Origin: Planctomycetota bacterium
GTDB lineage: Bacteria; Planctomycetota; UBA8742; UBA2392
DNA length: 64,000 bases
Assembly: GCA_020638675.1 (NCBI GenBank)
Contig: JACKID010000001.1
Location: 2,125,537-2,189,536 of the forward strand
Direction of reading: 5' to 3'
The position numbers were made by a program, and so were the translations under genes. This document shows positions 17,420 through 26,928 of this stretch, piece after piece. Below the pieces are notes generated by a model, which did no database searches, was not told the origin of the DNA, and saw nothing but the letters and a program-made list of their open reading frames with translations. Within the stretch, counting starts at the first letter, position 1, and each line of letters opens with the position of its first letter.

Positions 17420-18607
17420 CTACTCGCGGAGCGTAACCTCAATCGTGTGGGCTGATCCGTTGCGGGTGTACGTGACCTTGATGCGATCACCGGGCTGGTA
17501 GCTCGCAAGTGCCGTCTTCAACTCGTCGAGCCCGTCGATGTTGGTTCCCTCGACCCGGGTGATCAGGTCACCTGGCTTCAGGCCTGCTTCTTCGGCGGCC
17601 GTCCCGTAGATTACTTCCTTTACGAGTGCGCCCTGCTCCGCTTCCGGGCGAAAGCCGCTGTCGATCAAGACGCCCAGGAATGCTGTCGATATGGATCGCG
17701 GGACCGAGCTGATGGTGTCATCACGCGCCTTGTCATCGGCACCGATGATCGCCTCATATACCCGACGCGCCACGTTGATCGGGATCGCAAAGCCGATGCT
17801 GTCTGTGCCCTCGCCCTGATCGCGAAGTTTCCAGGTATTGATCCCGATCACGCGCCCTGTCAGGTCGATCAACGGACCGCCCGAGTTGCCGGGGTTGATG
17901 GCGGCACTGGTCTGCAGGTAGTTGCGCACGAGCGTGCTGGCATTCTCGCTGCGACGTCCGACGTAGCTGACGATTCCCTCAGTGGCCGTGTAATTCAATC
18001 CGTAAGGGCTGCCGATGGCGACAACGACGTCGCCTTGTTCAACCTTGTCGCTGTCGCCCAGTGTCGCTGGGACCAGCTTGTCCGCGACAATCTTGATTAC
18101 AGCCAGGTCGTACTCCTCGCGCTTCCCGACAAAACGCGCCTCATACATGTTGTCACCGAGTACCACGTTCAGCTTCCGCGCATCGCTCGGGATTACGTGG
18201 GCATTCGTGAGGATGTAGCCCTGGTCATCCAGGATGATCCCGCTGCCAACGTGGCTCTGGCCCGGCAGGCGGGCTGAGCCTGTGCCGGATGGAACGATCC
18301 GCTCCGGGGTTTCGGCGACGATGCCGACCGTGAATCGCTTTGCCCAGTTAATGGCGTTGACGTACTGCTTGGGACGCTCCTGTGTCAGGGCCGGGTCTTC
18401 GACAACTTTGTCGGCCGCGAGGCGATCCAGCACACCGGAGTTGGCGACCAGAAAGACCAGCACGCCGCCAAAGAACGCGCCGATCATCAGATACATCAAT
18501 GAGCGGCGCCCGAGCATTTTGGCCGTGTCCAGATGTCCGCGGTGGTAGCCCTCGTAGTAGGCAACTTCGGATGGTTCTTCTGCGTCAAGCTTTCGGATTG
18601 TCGGCAT
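17420..18607 (-). CDS. HtrA/DegP-family trypsin-like serine protease with one PDZ domain
   Basis: N-terminal TM helix; TNAHV (His), DLAVI (Asp), INPGNSGGP (Ser); C-terminal PDZ (FLGV, GLKPGDLI). Confidence 0.92.
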   Translation of the reverse strand: MPTIRKLDAEEPSEVAYYEGYHRGHLDTAKMLGRRSLMYLMIGAFFGGVLVFLVANSGVLDRLAADKVVEDPALTQERPKQYVNAINWAKRFTVGIVAETPERIVPSGTGSARLPGQSHVGSGIILDDQGYILTNAHVIPSDARKLNVVLGDNMYEARFVGKREEYDLAVIKIVADKLVPATLGDSDKVEQGDVVVAIGSPYGLNYTATEGIVSYVGRRSENASTLVRNYLQTSAAINPGNSGGPLIDLTGRVIGINTWKLRDQGEGTDSIGFAIPINVARRVYEAIIGADDKARDDTISSVPRSISTAFLGVLIDSGFRPEAEQGALVKEVIYGTAAEEAGLKPGDLITRVEGTNIDGLDELKTALASYQPGDRIKVTYTRNGSAHTIEVTLRE

Positions 18608-18660
18608 GGCTGTGTCTCCTGCTGCCCATTGATACGGGCGTTGGCGGCTTGGCGGTAGAG

Positions 18661-18690
18661 AAAAGCCCGCAGCAGTCGCCGCGGGCTTTT
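18661..18690 (-). terminator. Bidirectional-type terminator between the repeat-PDZ gene and htrA
   Basis: AAAAGCCCGC-N10-GCGGGCTTTT. Confidence 0.75.
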
Positions 18691-18716
18691 CGTGATCTGG
18701 CTCTCAACGCCGTCCG

Positions 18717-20279
18717 CTACTTCTTTGCCTTCAGCGTCTTCTCGGCGCCGTCACGGAGGATCTTGATTTCGTACTCCGCCCCCTTCTCCACGCCGGCGAG
18801 CGCGTCGCGCAACTCCGTGCGCGTGTCGACGTCCTTTCCGTTGACGGCGAGAATAATGTCGTAAACCTCAAGCCGGGCACGGGCCAGCGGCTTGTCCGAA
18901 TCAACGATTTCGTTGACTGACAACCCGTGGTCGAGCCCGAGCTGCTTCTTCGGCATCGGCATCAGGCGGGCAACCCGCACTCCTTCGACGATATCCATCT
19001 GCTCGCCCTTGGCCAACGGCACGTCCTTCTCCGGATACTCGGGGCGATCTTCCTTTACTTCCGGCACCGGTGGGAGCTTGCGATCGATCTTGTCGGTCGC
19101 CCCAACGATCTTGCGCTGCCACATGTCGATGGTGTCGCAGAACTGCTTGTGGTACTTGGCTGCGACCTCAAGGGTGTCGGGCCACTGGTCTTTGCCTTCC
19201 TCAAGGATCTTGTCCTTGAGCTCGGCAAACACATCGTCCACTCGTTCCGCAATCTCGTCGATCGCGTCTTCGTACTCGTCTCCACCGATACGGCGCAGGT
19301 CCTTGACGCGCGCATCGATATCGCGGTTCAGCTCGCCAAGTCGCTCCAGCGGTGAAGGAAGCGTTTCGTCGCCGCCGATCTTCTTGGCCCAACCATCAAG
19401 CTCGGCCGTGTAGTTCAGCATGAACTTGTCGGCGTCCTTCAGAATCTGCGCCCACGCCTTGGGGTCGGCATCGTCAAGCTTGTCCTCAAGGCCTTCGTAT
19501 GTAGCGAGAATGCGCTCTTCCACGTCGTCGAGCTGGTCCTGATACTTGTCACTGGCGATCTTGCGGAGGCGCTTCACGCGGGCGCGCAGGGCCTTCTTCA
19601 TGTCGGTGACGCGTTCCTTGGCATTCGGGACTTCGCTGCTCACGCCAACCTTGTCGGCCCACTTGTTGATCTGCGCCGAGTACTCCGTGTGAAACTTGCG
19701 CGCGGTGCTCAGGACGCCGTCCCACTCGGCAGGCATACCGTCTTCGATCTTGTCGTGAAGATCAGCAAACGTGTCGCGGATCTTGTCGGAGAGGTCGTCC
19801 ATCTCTCCTTCAAGTTTGTCATCGCTCGCCTCGCGCATGCGCTCGCAGTTGAACAGCAAGTCGCGCTCGAGTGCGCGCAGGCTTGCTCGGTAGCGGTCTT
19901 TCTTGATGTCCAGCGCCTCTTCAGCTTTGTCTTCAGGGTCGCGCTCGGCCGCGTTCTCGCGCTCGCGCTCCTGTAGCTTCTTCATGTCCTTTTCGAGCTT
20001 CTCACGCGCCTTCTTTTCGAGCGCGTTGATCTCCGCCTCGGTGAGGTCGCCGGCCGCGAAGGTCCCGCGCTTCACTTCATCGACTTCTTTCAGGAAACCG
20101 CTCAGCGACTCACCGTCGCCGTGGCTCTCGGGTCGGGCCATGGTGTCGCCGGGCTCGGCCTTCTTGGCTTCGCCGTGGCTTTCAACCGTGCCGTCCTTAC
20201 TTTTGATCGTGATGCCCTGTGCAGCCAGCGGCAGTGCGAGTCCGATTGCCCCAGCGACCATCAGCCCGAAGCGTCCCAT
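18717..20279 (-). CDS. Secreted helical-repeat protein with a C-terminal PDZ domain
   Basis: Signal peptide ending PLAA; three ~90-aa acidic helical repeats; PDZ-like tail (ARLEVYDIILAVNGKDV...IKILRDG). Confidence 0.8.
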   Translation of the reverse strand: MGRFGLMVAGAIGLALPLAAQGITIKSKDGTVESHGEAKKAEPGDTMARPESHGDGESLSGFLKEVDEVKRGTFAAGDLTEAEINALEKKAREKLEKDMKKLQERERENAAERDPEDKAEEALDIKKDRYRASLRALERDLLFNCERMREASDDKLEGEMDDLSDKIRDTFADLHDKIEDGMPAEWDGVLSTARKFHTEYSAQINKWADKVGVSSEVPNAKERVTDMKKALRARVKRLRKIASDKYQDQLDDVEERILATYEGLEDKLDDADPKAWAQILKDADKFMLNYTAELDGWAKKIGGDETLPSPLERLGELNRDIDARVKDLRRIGGDEYEDAIDEIAERVDDVFAELKDKILEEGKDQWPDTLEVAAKYHKQFCDTIDMWQRKIVGATDKIDRKLPPVPEVKEDRPEYPEKDVPLAKGEQMDIVEGVRVARLMPMPKKQLGLDHGLSVNEIVDSDKPLARARLEVYDIILAVNGKDVDTRTELRDALAGVEKGAEYEIKILRDGAEKTLKAKK

Positions 20280-20379
20280 GTCCTTCTCCAGTCCACGTTT
20301 CTGTCAGAGCGACTCCATATTGTACGCGATGGGATGGCAACCTGCTTCAGAATTCTACACGATGTAAGGCCACCCCCGA

Positions 20380-20407
20380 TTGACCGTCCAAGTCCGTTAT
20401 TCATACT
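20380..20407 (+). promoter_or_regulatory. Possible sigma70-type promoter for the dusB run
   Basis: TTGACC-N16-CATACT upstream of GGAG and GTG 20443. Confidence 0.35.
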
Positions 20408-20442
20408 TGGGGGCTAAGCCTTGCAGGCAGTGGAGTTACGGC

Positions 20443-21474
20443 GTGCGCTACGGTGCTTTACATCTAAAGAACAACCTGGTGGCGGCCCCCTTGGCCGGCA
20501 TCAGCAATCGCGCGTATCGGGTGCTTTGCAAGCGCTACGGTGCGGGACTGACCTACGTTGAAATGCTCAAGGTCGAGAGCTTTCTGCATCACAACCGCAA
20601 GATGATGAACCTGAAGTACTACCGGGAGGACGAGCGCCCGGTGGGTATCCAATTCGCCGGCAACAATCCGCAATGGCTGGCCGAGGCCTGCATCATGGCC
20701 GAGGCTGAGGGCTACGACACGATCGACCTGAACATGGGCTGCCCCGTGCCGAAGATCGGCAAGTGCGGCGCAGGATCGGCGTTGATGGCGTATCCGGAAA
20801 AGGCCGCCAAGTGTTTCGAGGCAATGGTGAATGCCGTGAAGATCCCGGTCACGGTCAAGATCCGTGCCGGCGTGAACGAGAACTGCCTGAACTTCATCCA
20901 GATCGGCAAGCTGGCCCAAGAGGCCGGGATGGTGGCAATCACGATTCATCCACGCACTCGCGCACAGAGCTTCAAGGGCGTCGCGGATCACGCGCGTACC
21001 GGAGAGCTCAATGCTGCGCTGGACATCCCGGTGATTGCGTCCGGCGATGTCAAAGAGCCGGAAGACGCCGTGCGCATTCTCAATGAGACCGGCTGCGATG
21101 GCGTGATGCTCGGACGCGGTGTCTGGGGACGCCCTTGGCTGTTCCGCGAGATCGATGAATTGCGCCGCTTCGGCCGAGTCGTCACCCCCACTCCCGACGC
21201 CATCGAGCGCTTGGGCGTCCTGCGAGAACACTTTGAGTTGCTGCTAGAGGGCTTTGATCCTCGCCACGCCTGTCAGGTCGTACGCCGTTACGCAACTTGG
21301 TACGTGCGCGACATCCCGGGAAGCGCCCAGTTTCGCGCACGAATCACGCGCGTTGAGACGCGCGAGGAATTCCACGAGATTCTCGACGAGATCACTGAAC
21401 ACTTCGAGCGCGTGGTCGGCATCCCCGAAGACGAGCTGATCGGCCGACGCCCCGTCGCGGCCTTGTCGGCGTGA
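20443..21474 (+). CDS. dusB: tRNA-dihydrouridine synthase, DusB-like
   Basis: AAPLAGIS, IDLNMGCPVPK, GAGSALM, VTVKIRAG, HPRT, SGDV, GRGVWGRPW. Start GTG 20443 inferred from RBS; the ORF track starts at 20380. Confidence 0.92.
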   Translation: MRYGALHLKNNLVAAPLAGISNRAYRVLCKRYGAGLTYVEMLKVESFLHHNRKMMNLKYYREDERPVGIQFAGNNPQWLAEACIMAEAEGYDTIDLNMGCPVPKIGKCGAGSALMAYPEKAAKCFEAMVNAVKIPVTVKIRAGVNENCLNFIQIGKLAQEAGMVAITIHPRTRAQSFKGVADHARTGELNAALDIPVIASGDVKEPEDAVRILNETGCDGVMLGRGVWGRPWLFREIDELRRFGRVVTPTPDAIERLGVLREHFELLLEGFDPRHACQVVRRYATWYVRDIPGSAQFRARITRVETREEFHEILDEITEHFERVVGIPEDELIGRRPVAALSA

Positions 21475-23072
21475 ACCCTTTTCATTTCCGCCCCCTGCGC
21501 TACAAAGGCGTGATGCTGCGTTGGCTTCCCGTAATCCTGCTCGCAGTCACCCTTTGCGGGTGCGCCGTCGGCGGCGACCGCCCGCCGGTTCGCACATATG
21601 CGTGGCCGTTCTTCAGCGACAGCGTGGACGCGCAGGGCAACGCAACAACTCGCGCGCTCGGACCATTCGTTGAGCAGGAAGAACGCGCAGACGGCTACTT
21701 CAGCTCGACCGTCCGTCCCTTCTACCGCTACATTCGCGACCCTTCGGCCTACGAGGAAGATCACCTGTTCTTCTACCCGATCAGCCGCTACCGCGAACGC
21801 GAGCGCCCGGGTTGGGAAGGTCGCAAAGAGACTCGCTTTCACCTGCTGCCATTCGTGTGGTGGAACGACGTCAGCTTTTCGCCCGGCCATCGTGAGCTGG
21901 ACTACTTCTTCTTCCCGCTGGTGTTCGGCGGTGAGAGTACGATTGAGGGCTCGCACTTCGCGGTCGCGCCGTTCGGCGGCAACCTGAAGGGCGTGTTCGG
22001 GAACGACGAGATTCGATTCGTAATGTTTCCCTTGTACGTCGAGCTGCATCGCCAGGGACGCGTGACGTACTACCTGCCGTTCCCCATTGTGAAGTGGGGC
22101 TATGGCCCGGGCTACCGCACATACGGCGTGATGCCGCTGTTTTCGCGCACCGAGGTTTGGAAGGAAGTCCCGGACGAGATCACCGGCGGAACCAAGAAAC
22201 TGCCCGTCGCCGACCGCTGGACCGTGCTGTGGCCGTTGTTCCGATATGACCGCGACGGACTGGATCGCAAATACCCGCGCGAAGCGCTGATGGTCTACCC
22301 GCTGTTCGGCTACAGCCACACGGCTGTCACCACGAACCTGAGTTTTGCGTTCGTGTTGAACTATCCCATGTTCAGCTACACGCGCGCGGACCTGACCGAC
22401 ACGACTATCATCGATGCCTTCTGGCCTGTGTTCCGGTACGCCAAAGGTGACAACTTCACCCAGTACCGAGTCTGGCCGCTATGGGATTATTCGCAGCGCA
22501 AGACGCCGGTCGGCACGAACACGGCCATCAATGTGCTTTGGCCGCTGTTCTGGTATTTCGAAGACGAGCTTCCCGAGTACACCGAAACCCGCTACCAGGT
22601 CTTTCCCCTGTTCTTCGCCAACTTCCGCCGCTATCTGCCGGAGCCGGACGGAACCATCCGGACCAGCCACCTCGTGCGCATCTGGCCGCTGCTGAAATAC
22701 CGCAAGGACACGGATGGCACGGTGAACTTTGAGATGCTGTCGCTGTTCCCGTTCAACGACGAGAAGATCGACAACAACTATGGCGCGTTCTTCAAGTTCT
22801 TCACCGTGACGGCCGGCCCGGACATCACCAAGGTGCAGGCGTTGTTCCGGATGTTCAGCTACGAGGAAGACCCCTACCACGTTGACCTCAGTGTCGCTCC
22901 GCTGTTCGACTGGCACGTGGTGAAACAGGCCAAGGACAGGCTGCCCGACGCCTACGGGCCCCAGCCCGGCGACATCGAGGACTTCAATTTGCTTTACGGG
23001 ATGCTCGGGTACCATCACGGCCCGGATGACCGGTACACGAAGCTGTTCTGGGGCCTGAAGATCCGCAAATGA
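21471..23072 (+). CDS. Uncharacterised lipoprotein built of ~20 Pro-aromatic (WPLF-type) beta-repeats
   Basis: Lipobox LLAVTLCGC (start may be 21510/21513); recurring hydrophobic-x-P-hydrophobic-hydrophobic-x-Y units; stop overlaps the mlaE start. Confidence 0.8.
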   Translation: MNPFHFRPLRYKGVMLRWLPVILLAVTLCGCAVGGDRPPVRTYAWPFFSDSVDAQGNATTRALGPFVEQEERADGYFSSTVRPFYRYIRDPSAYEEDHLFFYPISRYRERERPGWEGRKETRFHLLPFVWWNDVSFSPGHRELDYFFFPLVFGGESTIEGSHFAVAPFGGNLKGVFGNDEIRFVMFPLYVELHRQGRVTYYLPFPIVKWGYGPGYRTYGVMPLFSRTEVWKEVPDEITGGTKKLPVADRWTVLWPLFRYDRDGLDRKYPREALMVYPLFGYSHTAVTTNLSFAFVLNYPMFSYTRADLTDTTIIDAFWPVFRYAKGDNFTQYRVWPLWDYSQRKTPVGTNTAINVLWPLFWYFEDELPEYTETRYQVFPLFFANFRRYLPEPDGTIRTSHLVRIWPLLKYRKDTDGTVNFEMLSLFPFNDEKIDNNYGAFFKFFTVTAGPDITKVQALFRMFSYEEDPYHVDLSVAPLFDWHVVKQAKDRLPDAYGPQPGDIEDFNLLYGMLGYHHGPDDRYTKLFWGLKIRK

Positions 23073-23857
23073 ACTGGAAAGACAACGCCGTCACAGGAGC
23101 ATTCAAAGGTGCGGGCTATACGCTCGTGCTCCTGCTTGAGGCGCTGGGGCATACCACGCAGGCATGGAAACGTCGGCGTGCGATCCTTACCCAGATGCAC
23201 GTGATCGGGACTCAGTCACTGCCGATCGCCAGCTTCTTCATGCTGCTGATCGGCATGGTCTTCGCGCTGCAGGTGGGTATTGAGTTCGCCCGCTTCGGCC
23301 AGACCAGCCTGGTTGGCCTTGTCATAGTGGCGGCCATGGTCCGCGAGCTTGGCCCCTGGATGACCGGCTTCGTGCTGATCGCGCGCGTCGGCAGCTCCAT
23401 GGCAGCCGAGATCGGCACGATGAGAGTGGCCGAAGAAATCGACGCGCTTGAAGTCATGTCCATCAATCCCAGCAGCTTCGTCGTCATGCCGCGCGTGTTC
23501 GCGTACGCTGTAATGGGCCCGGTACTGACCATCTTCGGTACGCTGGTTGGAATCGTCGGCGGCGGCATCGTCGCGAACCTGCAGCTGGGCGTAACGGTTG
23601 CCGACTACCTGCGCTTCGCCGAGAACGGTGCCGAGGCTCTCGACATCTACTGGGGGCTTCTGAAGTCGCTGGTATTTAGTCTTGTTGCGGCCTCAGTGGC
23701 ATGCTCGGCGGGTATGCGCACTTCCGGCGGCGCGGTGGGTGTCGGGCGCGCGAGCCGCAATACCGTGGTGATCTCGCTGACGCTGGTCGTGTTTTTCAAC
23801 TATCTGCTGACCAGCTTCTATAGGATGGTGAAGCTGTTCGTCACGGGAGCCCTATGA
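23069..23857 (+). CDS. mlaE: MlaE/YrbE-family ABC permease
   Basis: VRELGPWMTGFVLIARVGSSMAAEIGTMRVAEEIDALEVMSINP signature. Confidence 0.93.
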   Translation: MNWKDNAVTGAFKGAGYTLVLLLEALGHTTQAWKRRRAILTQMHVIGTQSLPIASFFMLLIGMVFALQVGIEFARFGQTSLVGLVIVAAMVRELGPWMTGFVLIARVGSSMAAEIGTMRVAEEIDALEVMSINPSSFVVMPRVFAYAVMGPVLTIFGTLVGIVGGGIVANLQLGVTVADYLRFAENGAEALDIYWGLLKSLVFSLVAASVACSAGMRTSGGAVGVGRASRNTVVISLTLVVFFNYLLTSFYRMVKLFVTGAL

Positions 23858-24918
23858 CCGACCGTTCGTCGGCCGATCAGGTAGCCGTTCACTTCGAGCA
23901 CGTCTCCAAGAACCTTGGCGGGCGGCAGATTCTCGATGACCTCTCGTTCGACGTGCGAGAAGGCGAGACATTCGTGATCATCGGGTACTCGGGCACCGGA
24001 AAGTCCGTCACGCTGCGGCACATGGTCGGGCTGATGGCGCCCGATCAGGGCAGCATCCGCGTAGACGGCGACGAAATCACAACCATGTCGCGCAAGGAGC
24101 TCGAGATCATGCGCCGCAAGTTCGGCGTGCTGTTCCAGAGCGGCGCGCTGATCGCGTGGCTTACCCTTTTCGAGAATGTCGAGCTACCACTGCTTGAGCA
24201 CACGCGCATGAGCAGGAAGAAGCGTGCCGAGATCGTGCAGAAGAAGCTGGAGATCGTGAACCTGTGGCAGGATCGCGATAAGTACCCGGCCGAGATCTCG
24301 GGCGGCATGAAGAAGCGCGCCGGGCTCGCCCGCGCGCTGGCGCTCGACCCGGGGCTGGTACTTTACGACGAGCCGACGTCAGGTCTCGACCCGGTGATCG
24401 CCAACGAAATCGGCAAGTTGATCAACGACCTGCGCGACAACCACGGTATGACGCAGATTGTCGTGACCCACGATATGGAGAGCGCGTACGACATCGCCGA
24501 CCGCATTGCCATGTTCTATCACGGCAAGATGATTCAAATCGGCACGCCCGAAGAAATCCAGGCGAGCACCATCCCTGAAGTACAGCACTTCATCACCGGC
24601 GGCAAGGAAGGCCAGGTCAGTCGCCGCAGCAACACGGCCATCATCCGCGGCGTAGCACCGGGCATGCTCAGCCAGCGCAGCGTCCAGGCCGCAGAGGCCG
24701 AGACGGCCGTCGCCACAGCCGAGCCCGAGCAGGACGGCTACGTCTTGCTCAGCGAGGAAGAAGCCGCGGCGGCCGCCAACGACTCCCCCACCGAACGCGA
24801 CCTGCCGCAGGAAGAAACTGAAGGACCGATTGAATCGGAATTGCCCTCGCTGGACCCGGAAGAGTCGGGAACGGCGCGGGATGAAGCCCCGAGCCTTGAA
24901 CCGGAGACTGAGCCATGA
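23854..24918 (+). CDS. mlaF: MlaF/Mkl-family ABC ATPase with an acidic C-terminal extension
   Basis: Walker A GYSGTGKS, signature ISGGMKKR, Walker B VLYDEP, VTHD. Confidence 0.93.
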   Translation: MTDRSSADQVAVHFEHVSKNLGGRQILDDLSFDVREGETFVIIGYSGTGKSVTLRHMVGLMAPDQGSIRVDGDEITTMSRKELEIMRRKFGVLFQSGALIAWLTLFENVELPLLEHTRMSRKKRAEIVQKKLEIVNLWQDRDKYPAEISGGMKKRAGLARALALDPGLVLYDEPTSGLDPVIANEIGKLINDLRDNHGMTQIVVTHDMESAYDIADRIAMFYHGKMIQIGTPEEIQASTIPEVQHFITGGKEGQVSRRSNTAIIRGVAPGMLSQRSVQAAEAETAVATAEPEQDGYVLLSEEEAAAAANDSPTERDLPQEETEGPIESELPSLDPEESGTARDEAPSLEPETEP

Positions 24919-26006
24919 AAGCACGTGACTTCATCGTCGGAGGACTGATCTTCCTCTCGTTCGCAGTAGCGCTCTACTTCGCCGTCTACGTCGGCGGAAC
25001 GGGCAGCAGCGTGTTCAGCGGCGGCCAGAACGAGTACCGCATCACGTTCCCCAACGTCGCCGGTCTCCAGCAGAACGCGCCGGTGTGGATCTCGGGCGTG
25101 CCCAAGGGCAAGGTCAAGGCGATGTACATCGACCCGTCCACCGGCAACGTCGAGGTCGCCATCGGGCTCGACAGCGACATGGTTCTCAAGACCGACTGCC
25201 ACGCGGAAATCATCCCGAGCAGCGCGTTCGGCGGCAAAGCGATCGCGCTCGACATTGGGCAGTCACCCGATCCGTTGCCGGACGGAGAGAAGATCCGCGG
25301 TGAACTTGTGGAGGACCTCTTCACGGCCGCCAGCCGCGGTATCAGCAAGATCAATGAGGGCATTGATGTCGCGGTCGACACGATCAAGGACGTCAATGCC
25401 GTGGTCAAAGACGTGCGTGCAGGCCGTGGCGCCGTGGGCACGATCCTGTACGACGAAAAGGTTGCAGGCGACGTCGCGGCGACCGTCGAAAATGTGCGCA
25501 TCATGAGCGAGGACGCCAAGGGCATTACCACCAACGTCCGCGACATCACCGAGAAAATCAACAGCGGCGAAGGCGCTGCCTCGCTGCTGCTGGAGGACGC
25601 CGACACGGCAATGCGCATCAAGAACATCGTCCGTAACGTCGAGGACGCGACAGACAACACGGTCGGCGCCACACGCGGTATCAAGTCAATCGTGCAGAAG
25701 ATCGACGACGGCAAGGGCTTCCTGGGCGTCCTGCTGAACGACGAAGAGACAGGCGAAAACATCAAGTCGGCCGTTGCGAAGACCCCGCCGCTGATGGACA
25801 GCATGAAGAAAGTCACCGACGAGATGGGCACGACGCTCGAGGGGGTCAACAACGGCGAAGGCTTCGTCGGCAAGATGTTCCAGGATGACACGCTGTACAA
25901 CGACACGCTGAACGCCATCAATACACTGCGCAGCGGCTTTGAAGACATCCGGGAGCAGGCCCCGATCACGACCTTCGCAAGCCTGCTGTTCCAGGTGTTC
26001 CAGTAG
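24915..26006 (+). CDS. mlaD: MlaD/MCE-family protein with a long helical region
   Basis: N-terminal TM; FPNVAGLQQNAPVWISGVPKGKV MCE motif; repeated GxGxxGxxLxD helical segments. Confidence 0.9.
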   Translation: MKARDFIVGGLIFLSFAVALYFAVYVGGTGSSVFSGGQNEYRITFPNVAGLQQNAPVWISGVPKGKVKAMYIDPSTGNVEVAIGLDSDMVLKTDCHAEIIPSSAFGGKAIALDIGQSPDPLPDGEKIRGELVEDLFTAASRGISKINEGIDVAVDTIKDVNAVVKDVRAGRGAVGTILYDEKVAGDVAATVENVRIMSEDAKGITTNVRDITEKINSGEGAASLLLEDADTAMRIKNIVRNVEDATDNTVGATRGIKSIVQKIDDGKGFLGVLLNDEETGENIKSAVAKTPPLMDSMKKVTDEMGTTLEGVNNGEGFVGKMFQDDTLYNDTLNAINTLRSGFEDIREQAPITTFASLLFQVFQ

Positions 26007-26031
26007 AGGAAGAACAAGCGACAATACGCCC

Positions 26032-26928
26032 ATGTGGATCGCGCAGACCTTTCACGATTTCACTCGGCACGCGATGTCACCCGTCGCCGCGGTCGCCCTT
26101 CACTCGGCGATTGGGGCTTTCTTCATCGCCGCGATAACGGCACTCGCGGCCTTGCTACAGCCGACCCGCATACGCATGAAGTGGGCAAACTGGGCCGGCG
26201 CCTTTGCCACCGGCTCGCTCATTGGCTACTTCGCCATTCGGTTCGCCAACACGGGCACGGAGCCGCTGCAGAACATGTTTGATGTGGTGGGCTTGAGCGC
26301 ATTGTTTCTCGCGCTGGTCTACTTCGTTGCGATTCGGATGAAGAAACTGGAATCGGTCGGTGCGTTCGCCTACCCGGCCATTGCCGTGATCTTCTTGGTC
26401 AACCTGCTGTTGGCGCGAACCGCCACGCAGGGCGGTGATGCGCCGATCACGAGCCCGCTGCTGGTCGCGCACATTGTGCTGATCATTCTGGCGTACGGCG
26501 TGTTCTTCATGGCAACGGTTGCCGCGGTCATGTTCCTTCTCCAGGAACGGATGCTCAAGAAGCGCAAGGACCCTTCGTTCATGCGGACGTTTCCATCGCT
26601 GGAATCCTTGCGCAGCCTTGTAAACGCCTGTGTCGTGATCGGACTGCCCCTCGTAACCGTCGGCTTTGCGCTTGGCTTTGCCAGCTTCCGGGCTGAGGAC
26701 TGGGCCCACGTCTACAGCAATCCCAAGGTGCTCAGCAGCCTGGTGCTGTGGCTGGTGTTACTTGCGGTGGTGATCGGCCGGCGATTCGGCTGGCTTCACG
26801 GGCGCCGTCACTTCTACCTGGTTCTCGTCGGTTTTGCCCTTGTTTTGGCAACCTACGTCGGACTGGGCCTGGTTGAAGCACGCGATAAGGGCACGAACCC
26901 ACCGAACATCGAAGGAAAATCGGGCTGA
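26032..26928 (+). CDS. Cytochrome c assembly protein, CcsA/HemX-like
   Basis: Multiple TM helices; AHIVLIILAYG, FLLQERMLKKRK, FPSLESL, NPKVLSSLVLWL. Start ATG 26032. Confidence 0.85.
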   Translation: MWIAQTFHDFTRHAMSPVAAVALHSAIGAFFIAAITALAALLQPTRIRMKWANWAGAFATGSLIGYFAIRFANTGTEPLQNMFDVVGLSALFLALVYFVAIRMKKLESVGAFAYPAIAVIFLVNLLLARTATQGGDAPITSPLLVAHIVLIILAYGVFFMATVAAVMFLLQERMLKKRKDPSFMRTFPSLESLRSLVNACVVIGLPLVTVGFALGFASFRAEDWAHVYSNPKVLSSLVLWLVLLAVVIGRRFGWLHGRRHFYLVLVGFALVLATYVGLGLVEARDKGTNPPNIEGKSG

